NCBI RefSeq assembly: GCF_004010195.1
Contig: NC_057752.1
Span: forward strand, 9,534,377 to 9,598,376
Direction: 5' to 3'
From: Chiloscyllium plagiosum
Taxonomy: Eukaryota
DNA length: 64,000 nucleotides
The notes beneath the pieces were generated by a model. That model was not told where the DNA came from, ran no database searches, and worked only from the letters and a program-made list of their open reading frames with translations. Shown here in pieces: positions 61,743-64,000 of this stretch (its first letter is position 1; the number at the start of each line of letters is the position of its first letter). A program made the translations under genes and the position numbers.

Positions 61743-62699
61743 AAAGAGAAACACCTTTGACCACCGGTTCGTCAGGAATTGGTCAGCATGTAGCATCCTT
61801 GAGACCCTGAGGAAAAAGGAGAGGATAGGTTCTGTCGTGTGGTTCCTAGAGCAGACTGTCAGAGTCATTTGGTAGAATGCCTCATCACCAGAAATGTCCA
61901 TACAAGTACCAAGATGTTGCTTGGCTGGTGGTGAGAAGAGCACTAACTGTGAGATCCTTCATGTATACCTGGTCTGTCTGCGCACTGCATGCTGCCCTCT
62001 AAGCAGCTTGTGGGGGGGCAGGGGAGGTTTAAGAGATTGTCACACATCTCCTCCTTGAATGTTCCTGTGTAAAGGAAGTCTGTAAAAAGATGCAGTGGTT
62101 TTTGTCGAGATTCATCCTGAGCAACTCTGTGATGTGAGACTCTGTGCTCTTTGGTCTGTTCCCCGAGATGCACACAACATCAATTGCGCCTGGAGGACCA
62201 TCAATTTGATGAAAGATGCTCTTTAGTCTTCCAATTTTGAGCAGACCAACAATAACAAGGAGTTGGCCCTAACTGAGTGACACATTCTAAGGTCCAGGAT
62301 TATGTGCTGAGGAACACACTAAAGCTTGGGGCAGCTGTCACCAAGGCACAGTGGAGAAAGACCACTGTCTGAGGTCTTTCTGCTGAAGGTAAATAGGAGT
62401 TAATTCAGCTATCGGACCTTTCTGATGCCTCAAATGCATGTAAATATGGTCTTAAGTAAGAGGTGTCTTTGGTTTGTTTGGATAGAGTCAAATTCCAATG
62501 TTTGTTTGTTTGTTTCCTTGATATGCTACTGTACTGAACTGCGTTTGTGACTATGTGTTAAGATATCTTTTAGAAATATAGTTTTGAAGTTTAAAACAAA
62601 ATTACTCTGCTTTCTCCAAAGATGCTGCGAGACCTGCTGCGTTTCTCCAAAACTTTCTGGTTTGATTTCAGCAAAGCCAACCTTGCTTTCACAGCCTGG

Positions 62700-63400
62700 C
62701 TGCTCGCTGAAGGGTGTTGAGGCCTCATTCGTTGCCTCCAACGCCGCTTTGTTCTGAGCTGATGGGTCTAGTGGAGGCGTTACCTCCAAATCCAGCCCGG
62801 GACCAGGTGAACGCGGTTCAACTTGTTAAATAAACGGCGCCATCGATGGCCTCGGAGTTTAGGCTTGACCCCCTGAGGTTCGACCCGCATTTCCAACAAG
62901 GCGGGTCTGCGTCCCAACCTCGACTTTCGCCGGGCCCGAAGGCCACAATTCTCGCTATCGCTTCCCCAGCACAGGATCAACCGCCAGACGCTGCTTTTGC
63001 CGCCTGAACGCAGAGAAAGTCGGTTTCCAAAGCCGAACTTTCCCCCAAATCACTAACTCACCGAGTCTCTGTCTCCGTGCTTCTCCGGCTCGAGCGGCGA
63101 CCGTCGAGGACACAGGTCAAAGGTTACAGACCCTAACACCCGCTCTCCTTGCTGCTGTATATTTTAATTTTTAGATTCGAGGCGGCTCACCGTCGTTTTC
63201 TCGACGGTAAGAAACACTGGACCGAGCCAGCGACACACACCTCCTGCAAATCAAGTTTTTAAAAAAATTCGTACGTCAGCAGCCGGATTGGCAAGTTTTT
63301 ATAGAGCCCAGGACCCAATCTAGATAAATTCGAAAAGGACGGAATAACAAGACCGATGTTAGATTGAAGGCGCTGACTGGTAGATATATTTTTAAATCAA
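62700..63400 (-). promoter_or_regulatory. COX14: CpG-rich promoter and non-coding first exon region of COX14
   Basis: Clearly CpG-dense non-repeat segment upstream of COX14. Minus-strand donors CG|GTGAGT (exon end 63062) and CG|GTGAGC (exon end 63191). CCAAT boxes near 63286 and 63316, and a CRE-like ACGTCA near 63273. Confidence 0.7.
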
Positions 63401-63489
63401 TATGTTCAGGCATACTTCTGGATCAGATGCTACTTGAACCTGGGTCACCTAGCTCAGACGCCATATTGGGAGTACCATGTATAATTCTG

Positions 63490-63982
63490 GTCGCCCTGTT
63501 ATAACAGCATGTTATTAAACTGGAAAGGATGTAAAAAGATTTAGCAGGATGTACTGGAGGTTTTGAGTAATAAGGAGAGGCTGGGACTTTTTTTCCCTGG
63601 AATGTAGGAAGCTCGGGGATGATCTTATAGAGGTTTATAAAATAATGACCGGTATAAATAAGATGAATAGCCAAGGCCTTTTCCTCAGGATAGAGGAGTC
63701 CAGAACTAGAGGGCATAGGTTTAAGGTGAAAGTGGAAAGATTTAAAAGGGACCTAAGGGGCAACTTCTTTCACACAGAGGGTGGTGCCGTGTATGGAATG
63801 AGCTGACAGAGGAAGTAGAAGCAAATACAATTACAACATTTAAAACATATTTGGACAGGTACATGAAAGGAAGGGTTTAGAGGGATATGGGCCAAATGTA
63901 GGCAAATAGGACTAGTTCAGTTTAGGAAACCTGGTCAGCATGGATGAGTTCGGCCAAAGGTCTGTTTCCATGCTGTATGAAT
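63490..63982 (+). mobile_element. CR1/HER1-like LINE 3' end
   Basis: gatcttatagaggtttataaaat, gagtccagaactagagggcatagg and tail ggtctgtttccatgctgtatga. Confidence 0.88.
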
Positions 63983-64000
63983 CCAGAAACGCTACCACTG

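Larger units (their letters stand above)
59690..62400 (+). mobile_element. Older Tx1/L1-clade LINE ORF2 remnant, host to two insertions
   Basis: KSEAMFFGNWA, VKRKLVFWEHRSLSIAGKNLAIR and AIFHFSWRSKMDHV. Resumes at 61761 after the TSD and continues to about 62370. Confidence 0.8.

Overview
Vertebrate genomic DNA, most likely a shark (inferred from the HE1-like SINEs, HER1/CR1-like LINEs and Penelope families). The + strand carries the last six coding exons of ceramide synthase 5 (CERS5): 9973-10023, 10995-11087, 18759-18887, 23013-23119, 40512-40668 and 48616-48786. A roughly 7 kb candidate 3'UTR follows, with no young transposon insertions recognised. COX14 lies convergently on the - strand (CDS 56796-56972), with a probable non-coding first exon and CpG-rich promoter near 62.7-63.4 kb. 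The same tail-to-tail pair is found in human. Introns are filled with decayed CR1/L2, L1, Tx1, Gypsy, Penelope-like elements, SINEs and a MITE, and there are two assembly gaps. The most interesting signals are: (i) many minimal type-I hammerhead ribozyme motifs in Penelope-like elements, several in inverted pairs with 11-26 bp target duplications; (ii) a candidate 21-nt in-frame microexon and a stop-containing cassette exon in the last CERS5 intron; (iii) a young Tx1 element with an 18-bp TSD and twin 3' stem-loops nested in an older Tx1/L1-like element; (iv) alternative polyadenylation potential and near-abutting CERS5/COX14 3' ends. Most entries in the ORF track are repeat-derived or spurious.
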